Below, in pieces: positions 9,753 through 19,105 of a stretch of DNA of 64,000 bases. The number at the start of each line of letters is the position of its first letter. The first letter of the stretch is position 1. The position numbers and the translations under genes were made by a program. The notes below the pieces were generated by a model. It searched no databases. It was not told the DNA's origin and saw nothing but the letters and a program-made list of their open reading frames with translations. The stretch is from Acidimicrobiia bacterium (lineage in GTDB: Bacteria > Actinomycetota > Acidimicrobiia > Spongiisociales > UBA11373): assembly GCA_016932695.1 (NCBI GenBank), contig JAFGCH010000071.1, positions 4,099-68,098 of the forward strand, given 5' to 3'.

Positions 9753-11198
9753 CTACTTCTCGCAGTCCTGCTCGTTCTCCGCCTTGCAGGTGTCGGTCCC
9801 CGCTCCTCCCTTGGTGGTGTCGATCTGCTGGCCGCCGATGAGGGTGTCGTTCCCGGTGCCCCCGATGAGCACGTCGTTGGCCCGCCCGCCGCAGACGAAG
9901 TCGCCGCCGCCCTTGCCTTCGTAGCGGTCCCGGCGGCCGAAGAGGTATACCACGTCGCTCCCCGCCGTCCCGGTGAGCCGGTCGGGGCCGTCGGTGCCGC
10001 GAACATTGATCGTTCGCCCGGCGCACATCTGATAGACGTAGAGGCGGGCCGGGATGCCGAACGCGCCGAACTTGAGCGGGGCCCCGGCCACCGCCCGTTC
10101 CTCGGCGAGAGCCACCGCTCCGCCGAAGTACTCGGTGTCGTCGCCGATGAGGTCGGTGCCCACGATGCGCTCCCAGCGCCACTTGCCGGCGGCCCGCTCA
10201 CCCAGATACACGGCCCCCGGCGGATCGGCGATCAGCACCCGCCCCCCAGCCGCCGCCAGATCGCTGCCGAAGGCCCCGGTCGGCGCGGGGGAGGGCGTTT
10301 TCCTCTCGAGGTACGCCCAGGTGGACCCGGACTTCCTCAGCACGAACAAGTCGTCTCCCGACGCTCCCACATAGATGAGGTCGCGGTCTATGGCCACCGC
10401 CCGGCCGAATACCTGTAAGGGGCTGTATCCGTCGGGGGAGAGGATCTTCTTGGAGGCCCAGGTGGTGCTGCCCTTGGTGAAGATCACCACCGCATTCGCC
10501 CCGGTGGCGCCGGCGACCACGGTGTCCCCCTGCACGGCGACGTCGGCTCCGAGGAACCCGTTGAGGGTCGGCTCGGCGTGGGTCAGGGTGGCGGTGTGGG
10601 ACCACACGCCGCCGGCGCGCTCGAATACGTACACCGCTCCGTCGAGGCTCCCGGCCTCATCGTCGGCGACCACCAGACGGTCGCCGTCTATGTCGACCCG
10701 GTAGCCGAAGTGGCTGGTGGCCCCGGCGGGGGCAGCCAGGATGGTCTCCTGCCACACCGCCCCGGCTTTGGTGTAGACGTACGCCTTCCCCCGGTTCCAG
10801 GTGCCCACCACCACCGTGGTGCCCGAGACCGCCACGCTTGTGCCGAAGAAGAGGAGCGGCGAGCCGTCGGAGGGGCTGAGGGTCGCCTCGGGCAGGCACC
10901 CCGCCGCCCGGCCGCAGCGGAACAGGTAGACCCGGCCGATCTTGTCCGTGTTGGTGCCCAGGCCCGGCTGGGGACCGTAACCGGGGGCTCCGGCTGCAAC
11001 CAAGATGCCGTCGGCGTCCACGGTGGCCAGGTCACCGAAGTCGGCGTAGTAGTCACCGTGGACCGTGTCGGCTTCGGGATTGTCGATACGGTCCTCCGCC
11101 GCAGCGGACACCGCCCGCCCGGGTGGGGCTCCCGCCGCCGGGGCTCCGGCCAGAGCCAGGAGAGCAAACAGGACCGCGACGGTTACGGCGCGCCGCAT
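9753..11198 (-). CDS. Secreted FG-GAP (integrin-alpha-like beta-propeller) protein with C-terminal RTX-type Ca-binding repeats
   Basis: Signal peptide; repeated FGxxVAxxGxxxxxGA blades; C-terminal GGxGNDxLxG-like nonapeptides; SD AGGAG. Confidence 0.85.
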   Translation of the reverse strand: MRRAVTVAVLFALLALAGAPAAGAPPGRAVSAAAEDRIDNPEADTVHGDYYADFGDLATVDADGILVAAGAPGYGPQPGLGTNTDKIGRVYLFRCGRAAGCLPEATLSPSDGSPLLFFGTSVAVSGTTVVVGTWNRGKAYVYTKAGAVWQETILAAPAGATSHFGYRVDIDGDRLVVADDEAGSLDGAVYVFERAGGVWSHTATLTHAEPTLNGFLGADVAVQGDTVVAGATGANAVVIFTKGSTTWASKKILSPDGYSPLQVFGRAVAIDRDLIYVGASGDDLFVLRKSGSTWAYLERKTPSPAPTGAFGSDLAAAGGRVLIADPPGAVYLGERAAGKWRWERIVGTDLIGDDTEYFGGAVALAEERAVAGAPLKFGAFGIPARLYVYQMCAGRTINVRGTDGPDRLTGTAGSDVVYLFGRRDRYEGKGGGDFVCGGRANDVLIGGTGNDTLIGGQQIDTTKGGAGTDTCKAENEQDCEK

Positions 11199-11230
11199 AG
11201 GCGTCTCCTTGGTGAGCGTGGCTGCAGAGG

Positions 11231-12217
11231 CTAGTCGCCGCTCTCGGTCGCCCGGTGCGGGGCGCCGGCGGGGTTTCGGCGTCGGGGCCGGCAGGTGTAG
11301 AAGGTGTGGCCTTCGTGCTGCTTCGCTACCAGCAGGCCGCCGGCCAGGAGGTTCTCCACGACCTCCCAGGTGGCGCCTTTGCGCTGCAGGAGGTCGCGAA
11401 CCGCTTCCTCACGCATGGGGTGCACGGCGCAGATACCGACCAAATCCCGGCCCACATCGCCGGAGGAGGCAAAGGCTCCTTCCTCGGGAGTGAACAGGTA
11501 GAAGACCTGGGGGAGCCGCTCCTCGAAGATGCTCCTTGCCTCGGCCACGGCGGCGGCGCCGGGGGCGGTGACCCCGGGCAGGGCGGTGGGGCGCAGGGGC
11601 AGCGCCAGGTGAGCCTCGGCCACCTGCGCTTCCATCAGGAAGTCGGCGGTAGCCTCGATCCGGGCCGGGTCGTCGTTGTACCCGGCGACCAGCATGGTCT
11701 CCGAGGCCAGGGTGCCGCGGAAGCGGGCGGCGAAGCGGCGGATCCCGTCGAGGATCTCGGGGAGGCGCAGAGCGGGGTGGGGACGGTTGAGGCGGCGCCA
11801 GGCGGCCTCGTCCACGGTGTCGACCTTCAGGGAGACCCAGTCGGCCGTCTCCAGGGCGGCGGATACTTCGGGCCGCCACACCAGCGAGGCGTTGCTGATG
11901 ACGGCGATGGGGATACCCAGGGGGCGGAGCCGGGCGATGGCCTCACCGAGGTTGGTGTCCAGCGTCGGCTCGCCGTCGGGAACGAACGTGAGGTAATCGA
12001 TGGCTTCCCCGGCGGCGGTGATCGCCGCCACCCTCTCGGCCACTCGCTCCACCACCTCAGTGGCCGGATAGAAGGCCCGGGGCTCCAGGGAGCGGTCCGT
12101 GGTGGCCCCCACTTGGCAGTAGACGCAGGCGTAGGTGCACACCTTGGGGGGGATGTTGTTGATCCCCAGGCTGCGCCCCAGCCGGCGGGAGGGCACCGGG
12201 CCGAAAGCGATCTCCAT
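11231..12217 (-). CDS. Radical SAM protein (COG0731/TYW1-like family)
   Basis: FGPVPSRRLGRSLGIN, CTYACVYC cluster motif, DGEPTL. Confidence 0.9.
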   Translation of the reverse strand: MEIAFGPVPSRRLGRSLGINNIPPKVCTYACVYCQVGATTDRSLEPRAFYPATEVVERVAERVAAITAAGEAIDYLTFVPDGEPTLDTNLGEAIARLRPLGIPIAVISNASLVWRPEVSAALETADWVSLKVDTVDEAAWRRLNRPHPALRLPEILDGIRRFAARFRGTLASETMLVAGYNDDPARIEATADFLMEAQVAEAHLALPLRPTALPGVTAPGAAAVAEARSIFEERLPQVFYLFTPEEGAFASSGDVGRDLVGICAVHPMREEAVRDLLQRKGATWEVVENLLAGGLLVAKQHEGHTFYTCRPRRRNPAGAPHRATESGD

Positions 12218-12392
12218 GTCGTCTCCTCGGTAGCGGGCCGCCGCCCTCAGTATCGTCCCCGGGGGGACGAGCGGCGGCGGCTTCCCGCCGTTGCCCGGAC
12301 GCGGGGGACGAGTTGAGGCCCGGGCGCCCGGCGCTACCCTCCCGCCCGGGCCGCCCGGCGCGGCCCGCCGACCCCTAAAAGGAGACCTCCGG

Positions 12393-12797
12393 ATGAAGAT
12401 CGCCGCCGTGTCGGAAAACGGCCGCACCATCGCCCAGCACTTCGGCCGGGCTCCCTACTACGTGGTGGTCACGGTAGAGGAGGGTGTGATCGTCCTGCAG
12501 GAGACGCGGGCCAAGGTCGGCCACAACGATTTCGCCGGGGGCACCGATCCCGGCCCGGGGGCCAAGCACCGCGCCATGGCAGACACCATCGGAGACTGTG
12601 CCGCCCTGCTCGCCGGCGGCATGGGGAGCGGAGCCTTCGCCGCCCTGCAGGCAGCCGGCATCGAACCGGTTCTCACCGACGAACGCGACATCGAGGCGGC
12701 CGCGGTGCGCTACGCCCGGGGCGAGCTGCCGAACCTGGCGGCCCGCCTCCATCAAGGCCGGGGGGAGCGCCACCACCGGCACGAGCATGACGACTGA
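12393..12797 (+). CDS. NifB/NifX (MTH1175-like) family protein with His-rich tail
   Basis: MKIAA...IAQHFGRAPYY...GGMGSGA...AGIEP; tail RHHRHEHDD; SD AAGGAG. Confidence 0.88.
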   Translation: MKIAAVSENGRTIAQHFGRAPYYVVVTVEEGVIVLQETRAKVGHNDFAGGTDPGPGAKHRAMADTIGDCAALLAGGMGSGAFAALQAAGIEPVLTDERDIEAAAVRYARGELPNLAARLHQGRGERHHRHEHDD

Positions 12798-13308
12798 GGT
12801 CCCCCGAGGCTCTGCGGGAGTCCCTCCGCGTCCGTTCTGCTTCATCGGGGTGGTCCACAGCCCCTTCCTCACCCCTAGTGGGACTCCGGCGCAGCCCGCG
12901 TATGCGGGGCCCGATGCCGTCGGCACCGTGGAGGTCTTCGAGGAGTACGCCGCCGGCTTGGAAGACCTCGACGGCTTTGAGCGCATCTGGGTGGTGTCTT
13001 GGTTCCATCGGGCGGGGGCGGCCCGCCTGCGGGTGATCCCTTACCTGGATTACGAGGAGCGGGGCCTGTTCTCCACGCGGGCACCGGCTCGCCCCAATCC
13101 GATCGGCATCTCCGCGGTGCGGCTGCTGCGACGCGAGGGGCGGCGGCTGCATGTGGCCGACCTCGACCTCATCGACGGCACCCCCGTCCTCGATCTGAAA
13201 CCCTATGCCGCCGCCTTCGACTCGTACCCGGGGAGCGGCGAGGGTTGGCTCCGAGGCCGCAAAGACGCCGATGGCCGAGGTGACGATCGATTCACCGCCG
13301 GCCCGTGA
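12787..13308 (+). CDS. tsaA: tRNA m6t6A37 methyltransferase TrmO/TsaA family
   Basis: IGVVHSPF, GLFSTRAPARPNPIGIS, DLIDGTPVLDLKPY. Confidence 0.88.
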   Translation: MTTEVPRGSAGVPPRPFCFIGVVHSPFLTPSGTPAQPAYAGPDAVGTVEVFEEYAAGLEDLDGFERIWVVSWFHRAGAARLRVIPYLDYEERGLFSTRAPARPNPIGISAVRLLRREGRRLHVADLDLIDGTPVLDLKPYAAAFDSYPGSGEGWLRGRKDADGRGDDRFTAGP

Positions 13309-13376
13309 GCGCCCCCGGCTTCCTTGGGGCCGACTGATCGGCCAGAATCACGGCCAGCAACTCCGGAGGTAGCAGC

Positions 13377-13877
13377 ATGCGGGTGTTGGTCGTCGCGGCG
13401 AGCAAGCACGGGTCTACTGCCGAGATCGCTACGGCCCTGGGAGAGGCCCTGGCGCGGCGGGGGCTCAGTACCACCGTGGCCGACGCGCGGGACGTAGCGG
13501 ATATCGAGGAGTACGACGCCGTCGTGCTGGGGAGCGCCGTCTATGCCGGCCGGTGGCAGAAGGCTGCGCGGGAATTGGCCGAGACCCACGGCGAGTTCCT
13601 TCGGTCCCGGCCGGTGTGGCTCTTCTCCAGCGGGCCGGTGGGCGATCCGCCCAAGCCCGAGGAAGACCCTGTAGACGTGGCGCAGATCACCACCATCGTC
13701 GGTTCCCGCGGCCACCGGGTGTTCGCCGGGAGGCTCGACAAGAGTCGGCTGAGCCTGGCAGAGCGGGCGATCGTGCGCTCTCTCAAGGTTCCCGAGGGGG
13801 ACTGGCGCAACTGGGATGAGATCGCCGCCTGGGCGGGGGAGATCGCCGACGCGTTGGCAGGAGGCGCCGCCGGCTGA
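13377..13877 (+). CDS. Flavodoxin-domain protein (HemG-like)
   Basis: ASKHGSTAEIA, YDAVVLGSAVYAG, VWLFSSGP, GDWRNWDEIAAWA. Confidence 0.88.
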   Translation: MRVLVVAASKHGSTAEIATALGEALARRGLSTTVADARDVADIEEYDAVVLGSAVYAGRWQKAARELAETHGEFLRSRPVWLFSSGPVGDPPKPEEDPVDVAQITTIVGSRGHRVFAGRLDKSRLSLAERAIVRSLKVPEGDWRNWDEIAAWAGEIADALAGGAAG

Positions 13878-13901
13878 CTCGGGGCTCGCTCTACCCCGGG
13901 C

Positions 13902-14018
13902 TCAGCGGCCCCGGCGACGCTGCACGGCCCGCCCCGCGCCGGTACCGGCGGCCAGGACGCCCAGGCCCAGGGAGAGGAAGAGGGTCAGGCTGATCAGGAT
14001 GCTGGTGAGGGTGGTCAC
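13902..14018 (-). CDS. Possible 38-aa single-TM small protein
   Basis: VTTLTSILISLTLFLSLGLGVLAAGTGAGRAVQRRRGR: hydrophobic helix followed by a basic tail; weak SD. Confidence 0.35.
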   Translation of the reverse strand: MTTLTSILISLTLFLSLGLGVLAAGTGAGRAVQRRRGR

Positions 14019-14160
14019 GCCCCTGTGACGCCCCGCTGCCTTCGGCCGGTTCCCCGCGCCGGCTGGTGCCCCGCCGGGTAGCCTCCCCCAACTTGGTCGG
14101 GGAGCCGGTAATCGGCTGCCGGCGGTGGAGCGAACCTGAGGAGCAGCCCTCAGACGGCAC

Positions 14161-14579
14161 ATGCTGGGCGCGAGAGAAGGGGTCGAAGCGGCCCCGGGCG
14201 AGGCCGGCGACTTGGCCGAGGCGACGGCCGACTACGTGCGCCGCCTGCGGGCGGAGACCTTCGGGCCCGCCATCGACAGCATGGGCCACCGCACTTTCGA
14301 CGAGGCCATCGCGTTGGCTGGCGCCACCGCATGCGGCCTGGGGCGTTGCTGCGCACCGACGCTGCCCGGCCGGCCGGGCGGCTCTTCGAGGCGGTGCGGG
14401 CGGGGACCGTGTGGGGCAACGGCCCCCTTACCGACAACTTCGCTGGTCCCTTCGGCGGCCTGAAGGCCGGCGGGAACGCCCGGGAACTGGGGGAAAGGAA
14501 CCGGGAGGGCTTCCTCGAATCCGAACACGTCCGTTGGGACTTCGAGGATGCCCCTAACGGCTGGTGGCACCCGTGCTGA
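14161..14579 (+). pseudogene. Aldehyde dehydrogenase relic (C-terminal fragment, frameshifted)
   Basis: ETFGP...FDEAIALA...GLG in one frame, then AGTVWGNGPLTDNFAGPFGGLKAGGNARELG...ESEHVRWD in another; the N-terminal part is missing. Confidence 0.8.
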
Positions 14580-15705
14580 GCCGGGCGCGGCCCGCGCGGC
14601 GGCGGGCGCCTTCGAGCATCAGGGCTCCGGCGAGCACAGCCGCGACGATCGCCAGGAAGGTCGGGGCCGCCACCCGAGCGCCGATGCCCCAGGCCAGGCC
14701 GGCAACCACTCCTGCAGCCACCGCCCTCTCGGCCGGCAGGTGCCGGGTGGGGCGCCTATGGGCGATGGAGAAGGCGATGAGGACTGCTCCGATGCCCCCG
14801 GCCACGGCGGTGAGGCCGAAAGGCTCCAGATGCTCCGCAGGATGCTGGACGGCCTCTTCGAGTCCGGCGGCAAAGGTCACGATGCCTGCGACCAGCGGGA
14901 AGTGGGCGAAGGTGAAGAGGTCCCGGGCGACATGCCCCAGGTCGTGCAGATCGCGAGCGGCACCCAGCGCCCCTTCGGCAACTGCCTGGAACCAGTCGAA
15001 GTAGGCCCACCACAGCGCGGCGATGAGGGCGACGGCCAGGCCCACAGTCAAGGCCTGGGTGCCGGCTAGGCCTATCCGTGCCGCAGTGACTCCGACCGCG
15101 ATGATCGACTTCCCCAGGGCGATGATCACGATGAGCCCGTGGCGCTCCGCAAAGTGATCCGGGGCCACCCGGAATTCACCCCGCCCGGCTGCCAGAGCAC
15201 TGGCCACGTCTATCGCGGCAGCCGTCAGCTAGATCCAGGGACGGGCTTGCGGCGCGGCGAAACCCCCGGCGAGCACCACCGCCGGCGGCACGACTGCCAC
15301 CGGCAAGTAGGCGCGCAAGCCGGTGCAGTGATCGGGGTCGTGGCGCGGACCCAGACCGTACAGAGCTAGGCAGGCCAGGCGGACCAGGGCGTAGGGAACG
15401 GCGAACCAGGCTCCGGTGGCCCCGTAGGCCTCCGGGATGGCGGTTGCCACCAGGAGCGTCGCCGCGGTCGCCGCCAGGATCGCGGCTCGCCCACCGCGGC
15501 GGTTCAGGTCGATGGCGTTGCCGGCCCAGGTGTACTGGGACCAGGCCCACCAGACCAGCCACGCCATGAGCCCCGCCCGGCCCCAGCCTCCCAGGGTGTG
15601 ATCGGCCCGCAGCATGGCCGCCAGCTGGGTCACGGCGAATACGAAGACGAGGTCGAAGAAGAGCTCCAGGAAGGAGGCCCGCTTGGGGATTCCGCTCCCG
15701 CTCAC
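14554..15705 (-). pseudogene. ltrA: Low temperature requirement protein A with in-frame amber stop
   Basis: RASFLELFFDLVFVFAVTQL ... PWI*LTAAAIDV ... HFAERHGLIVIIALGKSI; the two ORF-track pieces are in the same frame, split by TAG at 15229-15231. Confidence 0.82.
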
Positions 15706-16331
15706 CGCCGGATCACCGCGAAGGCGAAGTCACGTCCCCAGCCCCGGCGGAAGGCGAGCCAGATCCACAGCGAGGCGAAGTTCTCGACGATGGCGACGGC
15801 TTCCGATCCCCCGAGGTCCGCTACTTCGAAGCCGAGGTCCGCGGCTAGGGCGGCTACCACCGACCGGCCCGCGTCGTCCCCGGCGATGGGGAGCACCGGA
15901 CGGGCGCTGCCGAAGCTGCCTCCTTCCAGGTGCTCGGCCCCGATGGTGTTGAACGCTTTGACCACTGCCGCGTCGGGGAACAGCGAAGCTACGAAGGCCC
16001 CTTGGGTGGTGAACGGGGCCGGCGGCGCGGTCGCCACTGCGTTGGTGGCGTCGACCACTACCACGCCGGGAAGAGGGCCGATTTCGGCGGCGGTGGCGGC
16101 GACGGCGGCAGCAGGAACGGCCAGCACGACCACGTGGGCGTCGCGACTCGCCCGGGCGCGAGAGGCCAGCGTGATGGCCGGCTGGGCGGCAACCGCAGCA
16201 CGGGCCGACTCGCCGTCGGGGCGGGCCGTCCCCAGACTGACTTCATGCCCCGCAGCGGCCAGGCCCCGCGCCAGAGCGGTGCCGACCCTCCCGGCTCCGA
16301 TGATTCCGATTCGCTTGACCGTAGCTGCCAT
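15702..16331 (-). CDS. NADPH-dependent F420 reductase-like dinucleotide-binding enzyme
   Basis: IGIIGAGRVG, VVLAVP, VVDATN, VVKAFNTIG. Confidence 0.85.
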   Translation of the reverse strand: MAATVKRIGIIGAGRVGTALARGLAAAGHEVSLGTARPDGESARAAVAAQPAITLASRARASRDAHVVVLAVPAAAVAATAAEIGPLPGVVVVDATNAVATAPPAPFTTQGAFVASLFPDAAVVKAFNTIGAEHLEGGSFGSARPVLPIAGDDAGRSVVAALAADLGFEVADLGGSEAVAIVENFASLWIWLAFRRGWGRDFAFAVIRR

Positions 16332-16362
16332 GCGCTACCTCTTCGTCTGGTACCCCGAAGGG

Positions 16363-17127
16363 TCAGTCTGCCGTTACCAGCCCGTAGCCGGAGCCGAAGG
16401 TGGCCCGGATCACCCGGGCGCCCTCCGGGGAGTCGAGAGTGAGGGAGCGGGCGACTGCCGCCGGGGGGATCAGGGCGGTCCACTTGAGGTCCAACTCCAC
16501 GCCGTCTAGGTGCAGCGACCCGGCGCGGACCGACAGGATCCCGCCCTCGCCCTCCCCGAGCTCCCAGGAGAAGACCGCCCCCGCGTCCAGCGTGGTGTCG
16601 GTGAAGCGGCGGACGTCGCAGTGGACGGGGAGGGGAGAGCGGGGGCCGACCATCTCGCGGGTTGCCACGCCCGGGCCTTCCGGGTAGACGGGCATGTCCT
16701 CACGGCGCAGCACCTCGAAGCTGGTCTCTTCGGGTATGGGGTCGGTGGCGGCTACCAGGATGTAGATCTCGGCATCCACCTCCCCGTGGTTCCACTCCTG
16801 GTGGACCATGCCCCGCATGCCCTCGGTGAAGCGGGCCAAGGCGCCCTCGGGCACGTGCCCGGAGATGCCGTTGCGGGCATCGTCGTGGTCGAAGGTGCCG
16901 CGCTCGAGGTAGAAGAGGCGCTCGTGGTACCGGTGGGGGTGGTGGCCGATGCCGAGGCCGGCGGCGATGACCGAGTCGTGCACGGTGACCAGGGGGCCGC
17001 AGGCGCGGACGCGGGTGAACGGGCCGATCGATTCCACGGCGGCCAGGCCGGGTACGCCGAAGTCCTCGGGCCCGAGGATGGCGTGGTCCTCGGGGGCCAG
17101 CGCCACGACAGGGGGGTGGGGTTCCAT
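16363..17127 (-). CDS. Pirin-like bicupin protein
   Basis: GIGHHPHRYHE...FDHDD..G...GMVHQEWN metal ligands. Confidence 0.8.
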   Translation of the reverse strand: MEPHPPVVALAPEDHAILGPEDFGVPGLAAVESIGPFTRVRACGPLVTVHDSVIAAGLGIGHHPHRYHERLFYLERGTFDHDDARNGISGHVPEGALARFTEGMRGMVHQEWNHGEVDAEIYILVAATDPIPEETSFEVLRREDMPVYPEGPGVATREMVGPRSPLPVHCDVRRFTDTTLDAGAVFSWELGEGEGGILSVRAGSLHLDGVELDLKWTALIPPAAVARSLTLDSPEGARVIRATFGSGYGLVTAD

Positions 17128-17287
17128 CGCAGGGCGGCACCGTAGGCCGTCCCGTGGCCTACCCAAGGGGCCTCCCGGCAGAAACAAGTGTTACCGCCGC
17201 GGAAAAGGGAGGGAAACGCCCCGGGGCGTACGTTCGCAGTTGCCCCGGGGGATTCCCGGGGGCCGACTGTGAGAGTGGAGGCACACG

Positions 17288-18988
17288 TTGAGAGCTAACG
17301 CCTTGCGGCGACTGCTCGTCCTGGCGGTGCTCCTCGCCTTCGTCGTCGCGGCCTGCGGTGACGACGAAGGGGGCGAGACCACCACGACGACCGCCGCGAC
17401 CACCACTACGGGTGGCGCCGCCAGCACGACGACGACGTCGTCCGGCGAGACCACCACCACCACGGAACCCTTCGTGATCGAACCCGGGCTCAGCGGGCTA
17501 CAGGTCGTCGACGATCTCACCTTCACGGTGACCATGGCCGGGGCCGATCCTGAGTTCCCCCTGAAGCTGGCGTACGCGGCCTACTTCCCCTTGCCCAAGG
17601 TCGCCTTCGACGATCCGGCAGCCTTTGAGGAGAGCCCCATCGGCAACGGCCCCTTCATGATGGACGGGCCGTGGGAGCACGATGTGGTCATCCCTATGAA
17701 GCGTTTCGAGGCCTATGCCGGGCCCGATCCGGCCCAGATCGAACGCCTCGAGTGGACCATCATCGACGACCTGAACACGGCTTATAACGAAGTCCGGGCG
17801 GGCAACCTGGACATCCTGGGGCCGGCCCTGCCTACCGATCAGATCGCCACCGCGGCTGCCGAGTTCGGCGACCGCTACGGCATGTCGTCGTCGACTTCGT
17901 TCACCTACATGGGATTCCCGCTGTACCTGCCCGAGTACCAGGACCCGGATGTGCGGCGGGCCCTGTCGATGGCCATCGACCGAGACCTGATCGTCGAGCA
18001 GATCTACGCCAACACCCGGGTGGCGGCGTTCTCGACCATCCCGCCGATCTTCCAGGGAGCCCGAGAGCACGTCTGCGACAACTGGGACTACAACCCCGAC
18101 GAGGCCAGGGCGCTCTGGGACTCCATCGACCACCCCGATTCGCTGATCGTCTGGTTCAACACCGGCGGCGGTCATGAGGAGTGGGTCGAGGCCGTGGCCA
18201 ACATGTGGCGCAACAACCTGGGAATCGAGGACATCACCTTCGAGAGCCTGGAGTTCTCGGAGTACAACCCGCTCCTCGACGCGCAGGGCGCCACCGGCCC
18301 GTTCCGTCTCGGCTGGGGTCAGGATTACCCCTCCCCGCTGAACTTCCTGGAGCCGCTGTACGCCTCGTACAACTTGCCCCCGATCGCCTCGAACAACACC
18401 TGGTACAACAGCCTGGCGTTCGACGACCTGATCGCCCAGGGCAAGGCGGCCGTGGCCGCTACCGGCAACCTGGCCGACGGCATCCCCTTCTACCAGCAGG
18501 CCGAAGACATCCTGTGCCAGGACGTCCCCGTGGCCCCGGTGTGGTTCCGGACCAACCAGTTCGTCTTCGCCGAGGGCATCGGCGACGTCCACTACGACTC
18601 GTACAGCGACCTCGGGGTGACCAAGGTCACCAGCGATGACGGCTTGGTGTCGGTCCAGCTGTCCGAGCCGGAGCACCTGTTCCCGACCACCTCGAACGAG
18701 TCGAACGGGATCCAGGCGCTGCGGGCGCTCTTCACCGGCCTCGTCCAGTACGACGCGGCGACGAACGAGATGTTCTTCGCCAACGCCGAGTCCATCACGT
18801 CCGAGGACGGCGGCCTCACCTGGACCGTCACTTTGAAGCCGGGGTGGACCTTCCACAACGGTGAGCCGGTGACCGCCTGGTCCTACGTGAATGCCTGGAA
18901 CTACGGCGCCGACCAGGCCAACGCCCAGCAGAACAACTCGTTCTACGCCGGGATCGCCGGCTACGACGAGCTGAACCCTGCCGGCTGA
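17288..18988 (+). CDS. dppA: Peptide ABC substrate-binding lipoprotein (family 5), circularly permuted
   Basis: Lipobox VAAC, Thr-rich linker, PIGNGPF, VRRALSMAIDR, GWGQDYPS; the family-5 N-terminal signature lies at the C-terminus. Confidence 0.9.
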   Translation: MRANALRRLLVLAVLLAFVVAACGDDEGGETTTTTAATTTTGGAASTTTTSSGETTTTTEPFVIEPGLSGLQVVDDLTFTVTMAGADPEFPLKLAYAAYFPLPKVAFDDPAAFEESPIGNGPFMMDGPWEHDVVIPMKRFEAYAGPDPAQIERLEWTIIDDLNTAYNEVRAGNLDILGPALPTDQIATAAAEFGDRYGMSSSTSFTYMGFPLYLPEYQDPDVRRALSMAIDRDLIVEQIYANTRVAAFSTIPPIFQGAREHVCDNWDYNPDEARALWDSIDHPDSLIVWFNTGGGHEEWVEAVANMWRNNLGIEDITFESLEFSEYNPLLDAQGATGPFRLGWGQDYPSPLNFLEPLYASYNLPPIASNNTWYNSLAFDDLIAQGKAAVAATGNLADGIPFYQQAEDILCQDVPVAPVWFRTNQFVFAEGIGDVHYDSYSDLGVTKVTSDDGLVSVQLSEPEHLFPTTSNESNGIQALRALFTGLVQYDAATNEMFFANAESITSEDGGLTWTVTLKPGWTFHNGEPVTAWSYVNAWNYGADQANAQQNNSFYAGIAGYDELNPAG

Positions 18989-19001
18989 CCCATCCACCGG
19001 A

Positions 19002-19034
19002 GGAGTGGGGCGGCCCCTCCCGCCGCCCCACTCC
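19002..19034 (+). terminator. 13-bp GC hairpin between dppA and dppB (mRNA-stabilising or partial terminator)
   Basis: GGAGTGGGGCGGC-ccctccc-GCCGCCCCACTCC perfect stem. Confidence 0.7.
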
Positions 19035-19105
19035 CCAGACCGAAGCCGTGCTCTTGGAGAAGGTAGGGATCGTGTCCACCCAGCGAGGAAGACGGTAGGA
19101 AGGCC

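Noticed and set aside
12393..12797. Nitrogen fixation inferred from the NifX-like gene
   Set aside because: There is no nifHDK or nifEN, and this family is widespread in non-diazotrophs.
14020..14160. Possible glycine riboswitch or other RNA (CCGAAG, CTGAGG/CCTCAG hairpin)
   Set aside because: Only fragments of the consensus are present, and short GC stems arise by chance; it may be eroded coding sequence.
15229..15231. Pyrrolysine or amber recoding of ltrA
   Set aside because: TAG is a normal stop for other genes in the window, the site corresponds to Trp (TGG>TAG), no pyl genes are seen and neighbouring DNA is decaying.
17375..17465. ACC/ACG trinucleotide runs (also ~50490-50525 and ~56900-56980) as repeat arrays or CRISPR
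   Set aside because: They encode Thr-rich linkers and have no repeat-spacer structure.
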